Assembly (NCBI GenBank): GCA_016208765.1 | Contig: JACQXK010000004.1 | Location: 84,243 to 148,242, forward strand | Direction of reading: 5' to 3' | DNA from: Candidatus Omnitrophota bacterium | Lineage (GTDB): Bacteria; Omnitrophota; Gorgyraeia; Gygaellales; Profunditerraquicolaceae | Length of the DNA: 64,000 nucleotides | Shown here: piece after piece, positions 41,864 to 51,900 of the stretch | Position numbering within the stretch: the first letter of the stretch is position 1 | Layout: the number at the start of each line of letters is the position of its first letter | The notes under the pieces: generated by a model | What the model saw: the letters and a program-made list of their open reading frames with translations, nothing else | What the model was told of the DNA's origin: nothing | Database searches by the model: none | Made by a program: the position numbers and the translations under genes

Positions 41864-42711
41864 TATCCTACGACTGCTCCCTGAGTAACGCCCTTAATAA
41901 TGTATTTCTGCATCAACAAATATACAATAATAATGGGTAAAGCGGTAATCGTCAGCCCTGCCATTAATAAAGGATAATTAGTAACAAACTCCCCCTGAAA
42001 GGTTTGCAAAGCTACCTGCAAAGGCATAAACTGGCGGGAATCAAAGATGATCAACGCCAGGATATATTCGTTCCAAACGTTCAAAGCATTAAATACTACC
42101 AATACCGCTAAAACCGGCTTAGCTAACGGCAATGCCACATGCCACCAGATGCCGAATTTTGAGCACCCGTCAATGCGCGCGGCATCTTCAAGCTCCTTGG
42201 GCATCTTGTCAAAAAAAGTTTTCAATAAAAATATGCTCGTGGATAAGCCGACATTAATCATGCACAAAATGTAGCCTATCGGGGTATTGCGCAAATGCAA
42301 TTTATTTAACAAGACATACAACGCCACGAAACTCCCCGGGATAGGGATCATCATTGCCGCCAGAAAAAGCGCAAAAATTATTTTCTGCCCGGGAAAACGC
42401 AGGCGCGAGAAAGCATAAGCAGCCAGAGAAGAAATAATTACTATCCCAAAAACAACCGCAGTTGTATAAAAAATGCTATTTAAGAAATACCTGCCAAAAT
42501 TACCTTCTTTTACAGCCAGGTAATAGTTCATAAAGTTAACCTGCTTGGGAATTAATGATGGGTCGGAAAATATTGTGCTTTGTGTTTTAAGGCTTGAGGA
42601 CACCATCCAGAGAAGCGGATAAACACAAGTAACCGCAACAGACAAAAGGAAAGCATGGATCAAAACATTGATGGCAATCTTCTTTGTCTTATAATAGGCT
42701 GTTGTTTTCAT
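41863..42711 (-). CDS. Carbohydrate ABC transporter permease (MalG-like)
   Basis: ELEDAARIDG EAA motif and WNEY. Confidence 0.93.
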   Translation of the reverse strand: MKTTAYYKTKKIAINVLIHAFLLSVAVTCVYPLLWMVSSSLKTQSTIFSDPSLIPKQVNFMNYYLAVKEGNFGRYFLNSIFYTTAVVFGIVIISSLAAYAFSRLRFPGQKIIFALFLAAMMIPIPGSFVALYVLLNKLHLRNTPIGYILCMINVGLSTSIFLLKTFFDKMPKELEDAARIDGCSKFGIWWHVALPLAKPVLAVLVVFNALNVWNEYILALIIFDSRQFMPLQVALQTFQGEFVTNYPLLMAGLTITALPIIIVYLLMQKYIIKGVTQGAVVG

Positions 42712-42714
42712 TAT

Positions 42715-43596
42715 TTATGCCTTTGTATTCTTTGAAAAACGGTACTGGATAAATGAAATGACAATCAAAACCACGCCAAAGGTAATTGCCTGAGCGCAGG
42801 CATAACCAAAACGGGACGACCCGCGCATAGACGCTAATATTCTTAAAACCGGCACCGAAGTATGCCCGGCTAATTCTCCTCCGACCAAACCGATAATTAA
42901 AGCAAACGCCTGCATGGTCCCTAATACCGTCAGAATCGCCACTAAAACAATTACCGGTATCATTAAAGGTATAGTTACGTTCTTAAATGACTGCCAGGCA
43001 TTTGCTCCGTCAACTCGGGCAGCTTCATAAAGCTCGCGCGGAATTGTCTGCAGGCCGGCCAGAAACAGCAGGAATCCCCATCCGAATCCTTTCCAACTGT
43101 GCACTATGGCCACAGTAGTAAGCGCAGTCTTAGGGTCGCTTAACCAATTATGCACCAAGTTCGGCAAACCGATTTGCGTTAATGTGCGGTTGATCATGTT
43201 AGCGCCATCAATATCATTAATAATGAAACGCCAGACCATACCCACAACAATCTCTGAAAGTACCGGCGGAATAAAAAATATCACCCGGTAGAAATTCTTT
43301 AATCTGATTTCGCGGTCGCATGCCCAAGCCAGTAAAAACGCCAGGATATTCTGGAAGGTCAAAGCAATCATGGTGATCCAGCCGGCATTTAACATTGACT
43401 GCCACCAGTTAGGATCCTGCAGGATGATCTCTTTAAAATTACCCATACCTACCCAGTTCCAAACCGGCATGATCCCGTCCCAGTCCGTAAAACCGAGCAT
43501 AAATACATAAAAAAATGGAATGATATAAAAAACAGAAAAAATAATTACCGCAGGAAGAATAAACAGGTAATTTTCTAAAGTTGACTTAAGTCTCAT
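42715..43596 (-). CDS. Carbohydrate ABC transporter permease (MalF-like)
   Basis: LAGLQTIPRELYEAARVDGA. Confidence 0.93.
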   Translation of the reverse strand: MRLKSTLENYLFILPAVIIFSVFYIIPFFYVFMLGFTDWDGIMPVWNWVGMGNFKEIILQDPNWWQSMLNAGWITMIALTFQNILAFLLAWACDREIRLKNFYRVIFFIPPVLSEIVVGMVWRFIINDIDGANMINRTLTQIGLPNLVHNWLSDPKTALTTVAIVHSWKGFGWGFLLFLAGLQTIPRELYEAARVDGANAWQSFKNVTIPLMIPVIVLVAILTVLGTMQAFALIIGLVGGELAGHTSVPVLRILASMRGSSRFGYACAQAITFGVVLIVISFIQYRFSKNTKA

Positions 43597-44903
43597 TTCT
43601 TTCTTTTGGCGAGTTCGCGTTCCTTTACCTTTTGTATATCAGATGCAACTTGCTCCGGGCTCTTCTCTCCGAGGATAATTGACTGGATCCCCCTGTCAAC
43701 AGCCTCAATAACCGCGGAAGATTCAGATACCCCCCAAACATTTGGATGAGTAGCCGATTCCATGCCTTTGGCAAACTGGGCAAGGATTTCCGGGATTTTA
43801 TTCAGGCTGTTTTTATTTGCAGGCAGGTTATTAGTTTCCTGCGCAAGATAGGCCTGCTGTTCAGTATCCGTGAGCCACTGCAAAAACTTAACCGCTTCTT
43901 CTTTATTCTTTGAGCGCGCATTAACCATAAAAGAAGACCCTGCCCCGCCCCAAATTGCCATCGGGAATTTCTCAGATGCCTTTGGAGGAAGGATTGCGCC
44001 ATAATCCAGGTTAGGATTCATACCCTTGTAAACATTCACGCACCAGGATCCATTAAAAGCAAAAACAGCTTTTTCGTTTGCAAAAAGCTGTTCTGCGGTT
44101 TTATTTACCATCGTGATGATGCTTTGATTTAATAAACCGGCGTTCTTCATTTCCTTAAAAATACTAAAAACCTTTACCCAATCAGGATCAGTATAAGGCA
44201 CCTCTCCTTTTAAGGTCGCCAATACCTTATCTTTGCCCATAATGTTAAAAGCATAATTATTAGCAAAACAATCCACCATCCAAAGCTCTCCCCACCCGGA
44301 AACAAAACCCTCTATATTAGCTTGCTTGATCTTCGGCCCCAGGGCAATTAATTCCTCAAAGGTTACAGGGGGTTTCTTGGGATTTAATCCGAGAGCTTTA
44401 AATAAATTCTTGTTATAAAGCATCTGAATGGTCATTATGTCAATAGGCACACCATAAATCCCCGGGCTTACATTATAAACTCCTCCTGCTGTAAACTCAT
44501 TCACCTCAAGCGCCTTGGCATAAAAACAATTTTTCCATTTGCCATTATCAGCATCCATATAAGGAGTAAGATCCAAAACATGCCCGGCTTTGATATAAGA
44601 GGCAAAGTCGCGTTTTTCCCCCAAAACACCGAATATATCCGGAAGGTTGAACCCTTGTGCTGCGGCACGCACCTTCTGGGAATAGGCGTCAGAAGGGGCA
44701 AAAAGCTCAAAATTTACTTTTACGCCAGTTTTAGCTTCATAGTTCTTGGCTAATTGCTGCAAAGGAGCGTCGCGGTCAGTCATCCAATACCAGATATTGA
44801 CGGTATTTTTAGAAGATTCTTTTGAAGAGCCCCCGCAGCCGGAAAAAATAAATGAAAACATACAAAATGCCAAAAACATAAAGCTAAACTTTCTACCTGC
44901 CAT
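43593..44903 (-). CDS. Sugar ABC transporter substrate-binding lipoprotein
   Basis: Lipobox FSGC and SBP family 1 pattern. Confidence 0.9.
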   Translation of the reverse strand: MAGRKFSFMFLAFCMFSFIFSGCGGSSKESSKNTVNIWYWMTDRDAPLQQLAKNYEAKTGVKVNFELFAPSDAYSQKVRAAAQGFNLPDIFGVLGEKRDFASYIKAGHVLDLTPYMDADNGKWKNCFYAKALEVNEFTAGGVYNVSPGIYGVPIDIMTIQMLYNKNLFKALGLNPKKPPVTFEELIALGPKIKQANIEGFVSGWGELWMVDCFANNYAFNIMGKDKVLATLKGEVPYTDPDWVKVFSIFKEMKNAGLLNQSIITMVNKTAEQLFANEKAVFAFNGSWCVNVYKGMNPNLDYGAILPPKASEKFPMAIWGGAGSSFMVNARSKNKEEAVKFLQWLTDTEQQAYLAQETNNLPANKNSLNKIPEILAQFAKGMESATHPNVWGVSESSAVIEAVDRGIQSIILGEKSPEQVASDIQKVKERELAKRKK

Positions 44904-45064
44904 TAAAATGCTCCTTTCCTGGACAATCCAACATATAGTTTAACATTTAAAAAAGGTTAAATCAAGGCTTGAAATAGCCGGCAAAGCTCCCTTTGAGAAG
45001 GAAATTAAAATTTATCATAAGTTTAGATAGAGGTCAAGAGTTTTTCACAGCTTTATTAACTATT

Positions 45065-45409
45065 TTAAGCCTGCTGGCAATGCCGCAGTATACGTGACAT
45101 TCCCATTAAATCCGCTTTTTCCAGATTAATCCCTATCCTATATTTATGCAAATCCGCTTTTTGCGACCAAATCACTTTGCCGCGGGCGTATAATGGCTCG
45201 CCTTTCCCATATGTATCCACCCAGACTTCCAAAGGCGTGTTTTCCGGCAAAGGTATTCCTAAAACCATCCCCATACCTTTAGCGCTTATATCAGATAATT
45301 GCCCAGCACCCTCACTATTGTTGTTTAAATCTAAAAAACGCAAAGAACAATCTGCATTAAACCTGGCAAATATCCTTTTATCCGCAAAATTGTCTTGTGC
45401 CATTTTCAC
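45065..45409 (-). CDS. PilZ domain protein
   Basis: RxxxR (KRIFAR) and DISAKG motifs. Confidence 0.8.
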   Translation of the reverse strand: MKMAQDNFADKRIFARFNADCSLRFLDLNNNSEGAGQLSDISAKGMGMVLGIPLPENTPLEVWVDTYGKGEPLYARGKVIWSQKADLHKYRIGINLEKADLMGMSRILRHCQQA

Positions 45410-45539
45410 CTCGCATTTTGGAAAATATATCTTATAATAAAAATTCTAACTCTTTGCTGCTAATAAGCTTAATAACCTGATTTATCTGTCCATATCATAC
45501 CCCCCTTTCTTGATTTTGCAAACAATTTTTTGTGTTTTT

Positions 45540-48500
45540 TTAATTAAGCCACCATCTGCGCCTTAACCAATACGGCATTTGCCCAAATCCAAACGCATAG
45601 CTCTGAGAAAATGTATTAAGTAAACAGCCGTAATTTAAATTTTCATTGCTGTTTCCTTTCATACTTACGGCAGAGCTGGATTTATATGAATGTTTCCCGA
45701 TTTCAGATAGCAGCGCCTCTTGAATAGGAATTATATAGTCTTGATGCGTATATTCAGGAGACTGAGCAATCACGGTTAACTTTTGGCTAAATCTTGTTCT
45801 CTCAAAAAGTATTTTGATAGCGGTAACAATGCGTTCATTTAAGATATCGTTAAACCGTTCTCTGTTTCCACAAGAACTCAATATCCTGAAAGCCGGATCA
45901 ATGTAGCAATTATTTAGTAAAAAATAATCAATGTCAAAATCAAGTATTATATCCGGATAATCTTTTAAGTCGGAGAAATACGGAAGGTCATAAACATGGA
46001 TGACTCTTACATCAGGAATTAAACCTCTATTTTGTCTCCTTGCTTTTATGAGCAATTTCCGGACATTCTTTTGCTCTTTGGCTGGATTCATATAATGAGG
46101 AACAATCCAATACATCCTTGAAATAACCCCATGATAAAATAACGGCATTATCATAGAAGCGCAATCGTATTCAGACCACCAGTTTTGTATGGTATTTTGG
46201 CCGAGGCCATATATACGCGATGGCATACTCAAATCACTATGGGCATCAAAGTGGATTAATGTTGCTCCACGGGAAATTCTGCTTTTCAGCAAATACTCAA
46301 TTACTACGTTATACATCTGGCCGTGATCTACCACCAACCAAAGGCCATCATTGATCATTTTTACGCCTCTTAATATAACACGATCAAAACACTGCATCAT
46401 TGGAGCAAGCTTTACCGGTAGAAAAGTATGACTAACCTCATCAACTACAGCAACTTCAGGGCCGTTTCCTTCTTTCTTTATGGCGGAGCTGGAGTTACGC
46501 TGGAAGTGTCCCCTGTCTTCTGTCGCCGAGGAGGCGCCGCTTGTTAGCTTACCCACTGTCCCGATTGATTTGGAAACAGTTTCCGAGTTGTTCGGGAAAC
46601 TGGGCTCTTTTAGCACCGCCGAGGATGCACCCTCATCGGAATTAAATATTGTGTCCCTGGAATTAAACACTAACCTTATTGACATTCCTCCTGCCATACA
46701 AAGATATCTATATAAATAAAGAACGCCGTTATTCTCAGAATAATCGACTATCATCCCGGATAAATCCACGACATCGCCATTTTTATCCTTCGCATACCCC
46801 CTTATTACCAAACACGTCGGCTGACCTATTTCTTTTCGTGCCAAAAGCAGTTTACGCCGATACATCAGGTGTAAAGTTTCCTCAGTTTGCAACAGCAACA
46901 CTTGTGATAGAGTTTTAATCCTAAATATTTTATATGAACCATTATTAATTGCTTGAGCCCAAAACAATTCGGAGCGAAAACAGGCTGGATATAATAATGA
47001 GCTCCATAATCTGTTTCTGTCTATCCTTTTTGCATCGGCCCCTGCCTCACTTAAATCTACATCTTTAATTAAGGCCAATCGACTACCGCTACAAGCAATG
47101 GCAGAGCCGGAGCTATGCTGGAACAGCCCCCTGTCTTCTGCCGCCGAGGATGCGCCCCATCTTATGCGACCCACTATCCCGATTGATTTGGAAACAGTTT
47201 CCAAGTTGTTCGGGAAACTGGGCCCTTTTAGCACCGCCGAGGAAGCGCCACCGTTAGAATTAAATGTTGTATCCCCAGAATTACCACCAGAGTCCTCATC
47301 TATATACTCAAAAGCCGCATGTCTTATGGTTCTGCCGTTTTTGATCTCGGCAATCGGAATATCTTTGTAATCTTTAATATCAAAAGAAGTATTTACGCCT
47401 GATGATTTAATATGCCACTCCCTAAATGCATTCTCCACTAATCTATCAAGTTCCCCAAAAATTTGTGCTGCGGAAAAGTTTCCTTCTGTTAAACATCTTC
47501 GCTCGCCTTGCCTACAGATAGAGATACTAATAGGGTTTTTTTCAAAACTTGTGCGGACGATAACAATATCCTTGGCCATACCCAGGGATTCTACTATAGG
47601 AGTAGGGTTCCAAATGAACCCTATCTTTCTTAATCCCTCTAACTTAGTAGAAACAAATCTAGATTTACCAGTAGCACTCGTGTCTAATTCTGGATGCACA
47701 TCATCTATCCTCAACACTTTCTCATTTTTAGGATCTACAATCTGCTTTATTTTATTAGATAGATCTCCCAAAGAATAATTCTCGCCAACAACATTTACGA
47801 AGCATGGCATAGAACCTTCAAATTCTTTTATAAGCGAAGCTGCTAGGGCAGCGCAATCCCAAAGAGGAATAAAATTATAATACAGAGCGTTAGCATTTGG
47901 TGGCATTTTAAGAAAACTTCCTTCCAAAATATTCTTTATAAATTTTGACACTATGTCTATAGGTTTACCTTTTTTAAATAATGGAAAAAGGTTGCCCAAT
48001 CGCAAAACAACAGCCCTGAGTCCACTATAGTGCACCCTTCCAGCAATTGCATTTTCTATAATTATTTTACTTAATTCATATGGATGTTCAAGGTTATACC
48101 AACAATCACACTCACCCACTTTTTCCACTGTCTCTCTCTTACCATAAACCCTTAAAGAAGAAGTAAATACTAACCTTGTCGTTTTCATTAAATTCAAGTT
48201 TTTTAAAGCATCTAGAATATTAAAAGCCATTGCAATATTATTAGAAAAGATACTCCTAAATTCATCTTCGCTATAGCTGTTTTGTATTCGACTATCAGAA
48301 GCAAGATGATAAATAAAGCTCGGCCTTACCATACTCAATACTTTTTCCGTAGAAGCATAATCAGTTAAATCACAATGAACAATCTTTACCCTTCCTTCTT
48401 TTACCGCTCTTGAAAGACTACGGTTCAATGGTAAATCTGAAAGATAATCAACCCTGGAGGTGAGAACTGTTATGTCCTCTGCTACTGGATAATCAAGAAG

Positions 48501-48860
48501 TTGTGATAAAACCATAATGCCTAAATGCCCAAGCCCTCCAGTAATCAAAATCTTGTCTTTCTCTTTTCTAGATAAAGTATAGTCAGGCTTGCCTACTGAC
48601 TCTATAAGGTCAAATAATAACGACGCTCCACTCTTCTCGTCTTCCATATCAACATCCAAAGTTATTTTTTCCTTTTCTCCGGATAACGGCAACCATCGCT
48701 CTTCCCGGTCATCAATTTCCATGGCATCTGGAGATGCAAAAGGCAAAACCCCAAATTTTAAAAGCAAGAAAAATATGTCAGCCAACTGAACAAAATGCTT
48801 TCCTTCTAATAGATTACCCTTCAATCTCAATAATGGTATATAATCAACATCTCTTCGCAT
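45540..48860 (-). CDS. Giant multidomain gene, segment 4: NAD-dependent epimerase/dehydratase, unknown domain, UPF0489-like domain and terminal tail
   Basis: ITGGLGHLG, YELSK, HFDAHSDL and LDFDIDYF. Domains are separated by repeat linkers. Confidence 0.75.
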   Translation of the reverse strand: MRRDVDYIPLLRLKGNLLEGKHFVQLADIFFLLLKFGVLPFASPDAMEIDDREERWLPLSGEKEKITLDVDMEDEKSGASLLFDLIESVGKPDYTLSRKEKDKILITGGLGHLGIMVLSQLLDYPVAEDITVLTSRVDYLSDLPLNRSLSRAVKEGRVKIVHCDLTDYASTEKVLSMVRPSFIYHLASDSRIQNSYSEDEFRSIFSNNIAMAFNILDALKNLNLMKTTRLVFTSSLRVYGKRETVEKVGECDCWYNLEHPYELSKIIIENAIAGRVHYSGLRAVVLRLGNLFPLFKKGKPIDIVSKFIKNILEGSFLKMPPNANALYYNFIPLWDCAALAASLIKEFEGSMPCFVNVVGENYSLGDLSNKIKQIVDPKNEKVLRIDDVHPELDTSATGKSRFVSTKLEGLRKIGFIWNPTPIVESLGMAKDIVIVRTSFEKNPISISICRQGERRCLTEGNFSAAQIFGELDRLVENAFREWHIKSSGVNTSFDIKDYKDIPIAEIKNGRTIRHAAFEYIDEDSGGNSGDTTFNSNGGASSAVLKGPSFPNNLETVSKSIGIVGRIRWGASSAAEDRGLFQHSSGSAIACSGSRLALIKDVDLSEAGADAKRIDRNRLWSSLLYPACFRSELFWAQAINNGSYKIFRIKTLSQVLLLQTEETLHLMYRRKLLLARKEIGQPTCLVIRGYAKDKNGDVVDLSGMIVDYSENNGVLYLYRYLCMAGGMSIRLVFNSRDTIFNSDEGASSAVLKEPSFPNNSETVSKSIGTVGKLTSGASSATEDRGHFQRNSSSAIKKEGNGPEVAVVDEVSHTFLPVKLAPMMQCFDRVILRGVKMINDGLWLVVDHGQMYNVVIEYLLKSRISRGATLIHFDAHSDLSMPSRIYGLGQNTIQNWWSEYDCASMIMPLFYHGVISRMYWIVPHYMNPAKEQKNVRKLLIKARRQNRGLIPDVRVIHVYDLPYFSDLKDYPDIILDFDIDYFLLNNCYIDPAFRILSSCGNRERFNDILNERIVTAIKILFERTRFSQKLTVIAQSPEYTHQDYIIPIQEALLSEIGKHSYKSSSAVSMKGNSNENLNYGCLLNTFSQSYAFGFGQMPYWLRRRWWLN
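46462..46664 (-). repeat. Complete copy of the in-frame linker repeat (all modules)
   Basis: Encodes NSRDTIFNSDEGASSAVLKEPSFPNNSETVSKSIGTVGKLTSGASSATEDRGHFQRNSSSAIKKEGNG. Confidence 0.95.
47098..47282 (-). repeat. Linker repeat copy
   Basis: NSGDTTFNSNGGASSAVLKGPSFPNNLETVSKSIG...GASSAAEDRG...SSGSAI. Confidence 0.93.
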
Positions 48861-48910
48861 TAATTCGTTAAAGACATCCGGATTACTTGATATAGTTATA
48901 GTCTATGTTT

Positions 48911-51900
48911 CTAAATATTAATATCAATTTGCTTTATCATCTCTCCAAATCTTAAAGTAAGAGCATATGTTCCAGGAGGTAAATTCAAAGTAGCCAAATC
49001 AATTTCCCCTTTAAAGATAAAATACTCGTCGCCATAATAGGAAAACGAGCGTTTCTCATCCAATCTTGCAGGAAAAACTGCAGTCGGATGACCTAAATCG
49101 TCTAAAGTTGGTTCTTTCTTCGCCGTTATTGCCACACCGAGCCACATAGCAAAATCCTCGTCTCCGGGTAAATATATATGAAAAGGAGGATTACCGCAAA
49201 CAAACGGCCGAAAATCTTTTTCTGCATAAAGCTCAAACATTCCTTGTATATGTCTTGCGGCATAGTCAAGGGCTTCGGGCTTAGTCCGAAAAATCGCTTC
49301 CCAAACGTCCAGTTTCACAGCTGCCTCCAAAGAAATCTTGCCATCTGAATTAACCTTAATAATTGTGTCTGGCTCCGGAGAAACTAATGCTGTCCACAGA
49401 TGCGAAACCTCTGCCTTTTGCCAGCGAATTTCCGAATCAGGGTAGATTCTCCTAGCTTCTATCTCTGGCGGAATCATATCTTTCAGTGGCCAAAAATATT
49501 CTCTAGTTTCTTCAAGAGCTGCTTCTTTATAAGTAACCCCCGCAGCAATACCTGTTGCTAAAATAGTTTGCAAATATTCTATTTCGCCATAATTCCCAGC
49601 TTCTCTCAATGCTTCAATTCTTTTATAAAATAATGCAGGCAGAAATTCATCTTTAAACCAGTTGAAAAATATTACTGGATAAGCAACGTTCTGCTCATGT
49701 AAGAATTGCAACAATCTATTTACTCTATTTCCCATAGGTGGACATACCGTGCATTCCATCTTAGGATTAAACCACTTCTTAAAAATACCTCCCATCCTTT
49801 CCCATCCGTCAACAGAAGCAAATCCTTCCCCAAGAGACCCCCCTCTTGAAAAAGCCCTATGGTCACAAGGATAGATTTCTGATGTAGCGCCTAAACAAGT
49901 ACAAAAATAAGCAAACCAACAGCGATCATAATCCGGCTTTCCAATGCCTCTGGATATATCTCTTTCATCATGTATGGTCTCCACCTTAAACCTGCCATCA
50001 GAAAAAGCCATTGATAGATTAAGACTCTCAATAATTTCTTTTTTATCTCTATCATTTAATAAACAGGCTTGATCGGGCCTGATATTAACCTTAAAACGTA
50101 TAAGATCAACGCCTGCTTTCTTAAGCCTTTCTGTTATCTGAACAATGCCTTTAAAATTCTCTTTTCCAATAACATACCCAACGTTTATTGCCAGTTTTGA
50201 GCCAGACTGATTCCTCATATTAACCAGCTCTTCAATATTTCTCATTATTCTTTCAAAATCACCTCTTCTACCTTCTTTCAACTCAAAGAAGCTGTCATTA
50301 CCATAAGCGTCCAAGCTGATATGCACATATTTCGCATAATTCACCAATGTCTCTCTAACTTCTTGGCTCATCAATACACCATTAGTGAATAACCCAACAT
50401 CAAAACCAAGCCTTGACGCTGCTGCTATCCCAAGAAGAGTCGTCTTTTTATTCACTAATGGCTCTCCGAATATGCCGGAAAATTTAATAACTTTCGTTCT
50501 TAATGATGGGGCAGCTTCTTCATTCGCAAGAAAAAAGTTGCAAAGCAACTCTAGTAACCAAAGAGGAGACATTTTTTTCTGAATTTTGCATCTTTCTTTC
50601 TCTCCGATGCAGTGCTTACAGTTTAGATTACACCCACCCGAAGGCTGAACTTCTATTTCATAAGGCAGAAAATCAAATTCCCCATTTAAAATTTTCAAAA
50701 CTCTGTCATATTGCCTTGTAAGTATATTTTCTTCGTAATTAAACTGCGTCCCTGAACGAGATAAGAAAGATTCTAACGCATTCTTCCATTTCACCTTCAA
50801 AGAAAATGATTCTGCTTCTCCACCAACCCCAGAAGATAAGCAACTATCTATTGCAGCAACTTCAGAACCTACACCGTTTCCTTCTTTCTTTATGGCTGAG
50901 CTGGAGTTACGATGGAACTGTCCCTCGTTTTCTAAGGCCGACGAAGCGCCTGCGGCAAAATTAAAACTACAATCTTCAAATCTCATAATCTGCATATCAA
51001 TTTCCTTATCAACAGAAAAATAATCTATATTCTGGTTTCTTGTAGATTTCTCATAAAATACATTTGGTTTGCGAAAGTTCGGCTTAAAATCAAAAATAAC
51101 CCAGTCTTCTTGCCCATAGAAAAGCACTCTCACCCACATATGACCATATACAATTGATTCAGTCCAGATTGCCTGAACATTTTTTATCTTATATTTCCCA
51201 AATTTTTCAAATTGATCAAAGTGCGAATAAAATAATAGCAATATCGCCCTAGAAATAACCCCACAATCATTCTCTCCAACAATTTCATGTAATAAAACGC
51301 CAACAAAATTATGCACAAGAGGATCAACAACAATACGTCCATCAAAAATATCTTGAATTGGATAATTAATTGAATAATCTTTTAAATTTACCTCGGTTAA
51401 ATTACTAAGTTTATTAGTTAAGGGCCGAAATTGCTTATAACGCTTATTCGCAATTAACAACACGTTTCCCCGTCTTTCAAAAATATCATTTTTATTCCAA
51501 TCAAGAACAACGGACGATTCTATTCTTTTCTCCAACGGCGAAGAGACAGCTGTCAAATTAAGCATTGCATCCCCTGAGTTCCTCCCACCTCTTCTTAAAA
51601 ATATTGAATAGAGCCTAAACCATTCTTGCATTAACTCAATCTTATCCCAAAGAAGAATTACAATATTAGAATCAATATTATTACAAAGGATTCCATTGCA
51701 ATCTTCTTTAAAAATTATTGAATCACCATTAAAATATACACAAGAAAATAACCCTGCTTCTTCTAAATATTGAATATACGACCCCTGTTTCCTTCCCCTG
51801 CCAGTAAATATCTCCTCCAAACCAAAACGATGGCTTATAAAAAAGTAGTCCGTTAGCATAAGCGGAATATGAAAGTATATTTTGTAGCCTCCCTTTAAAT

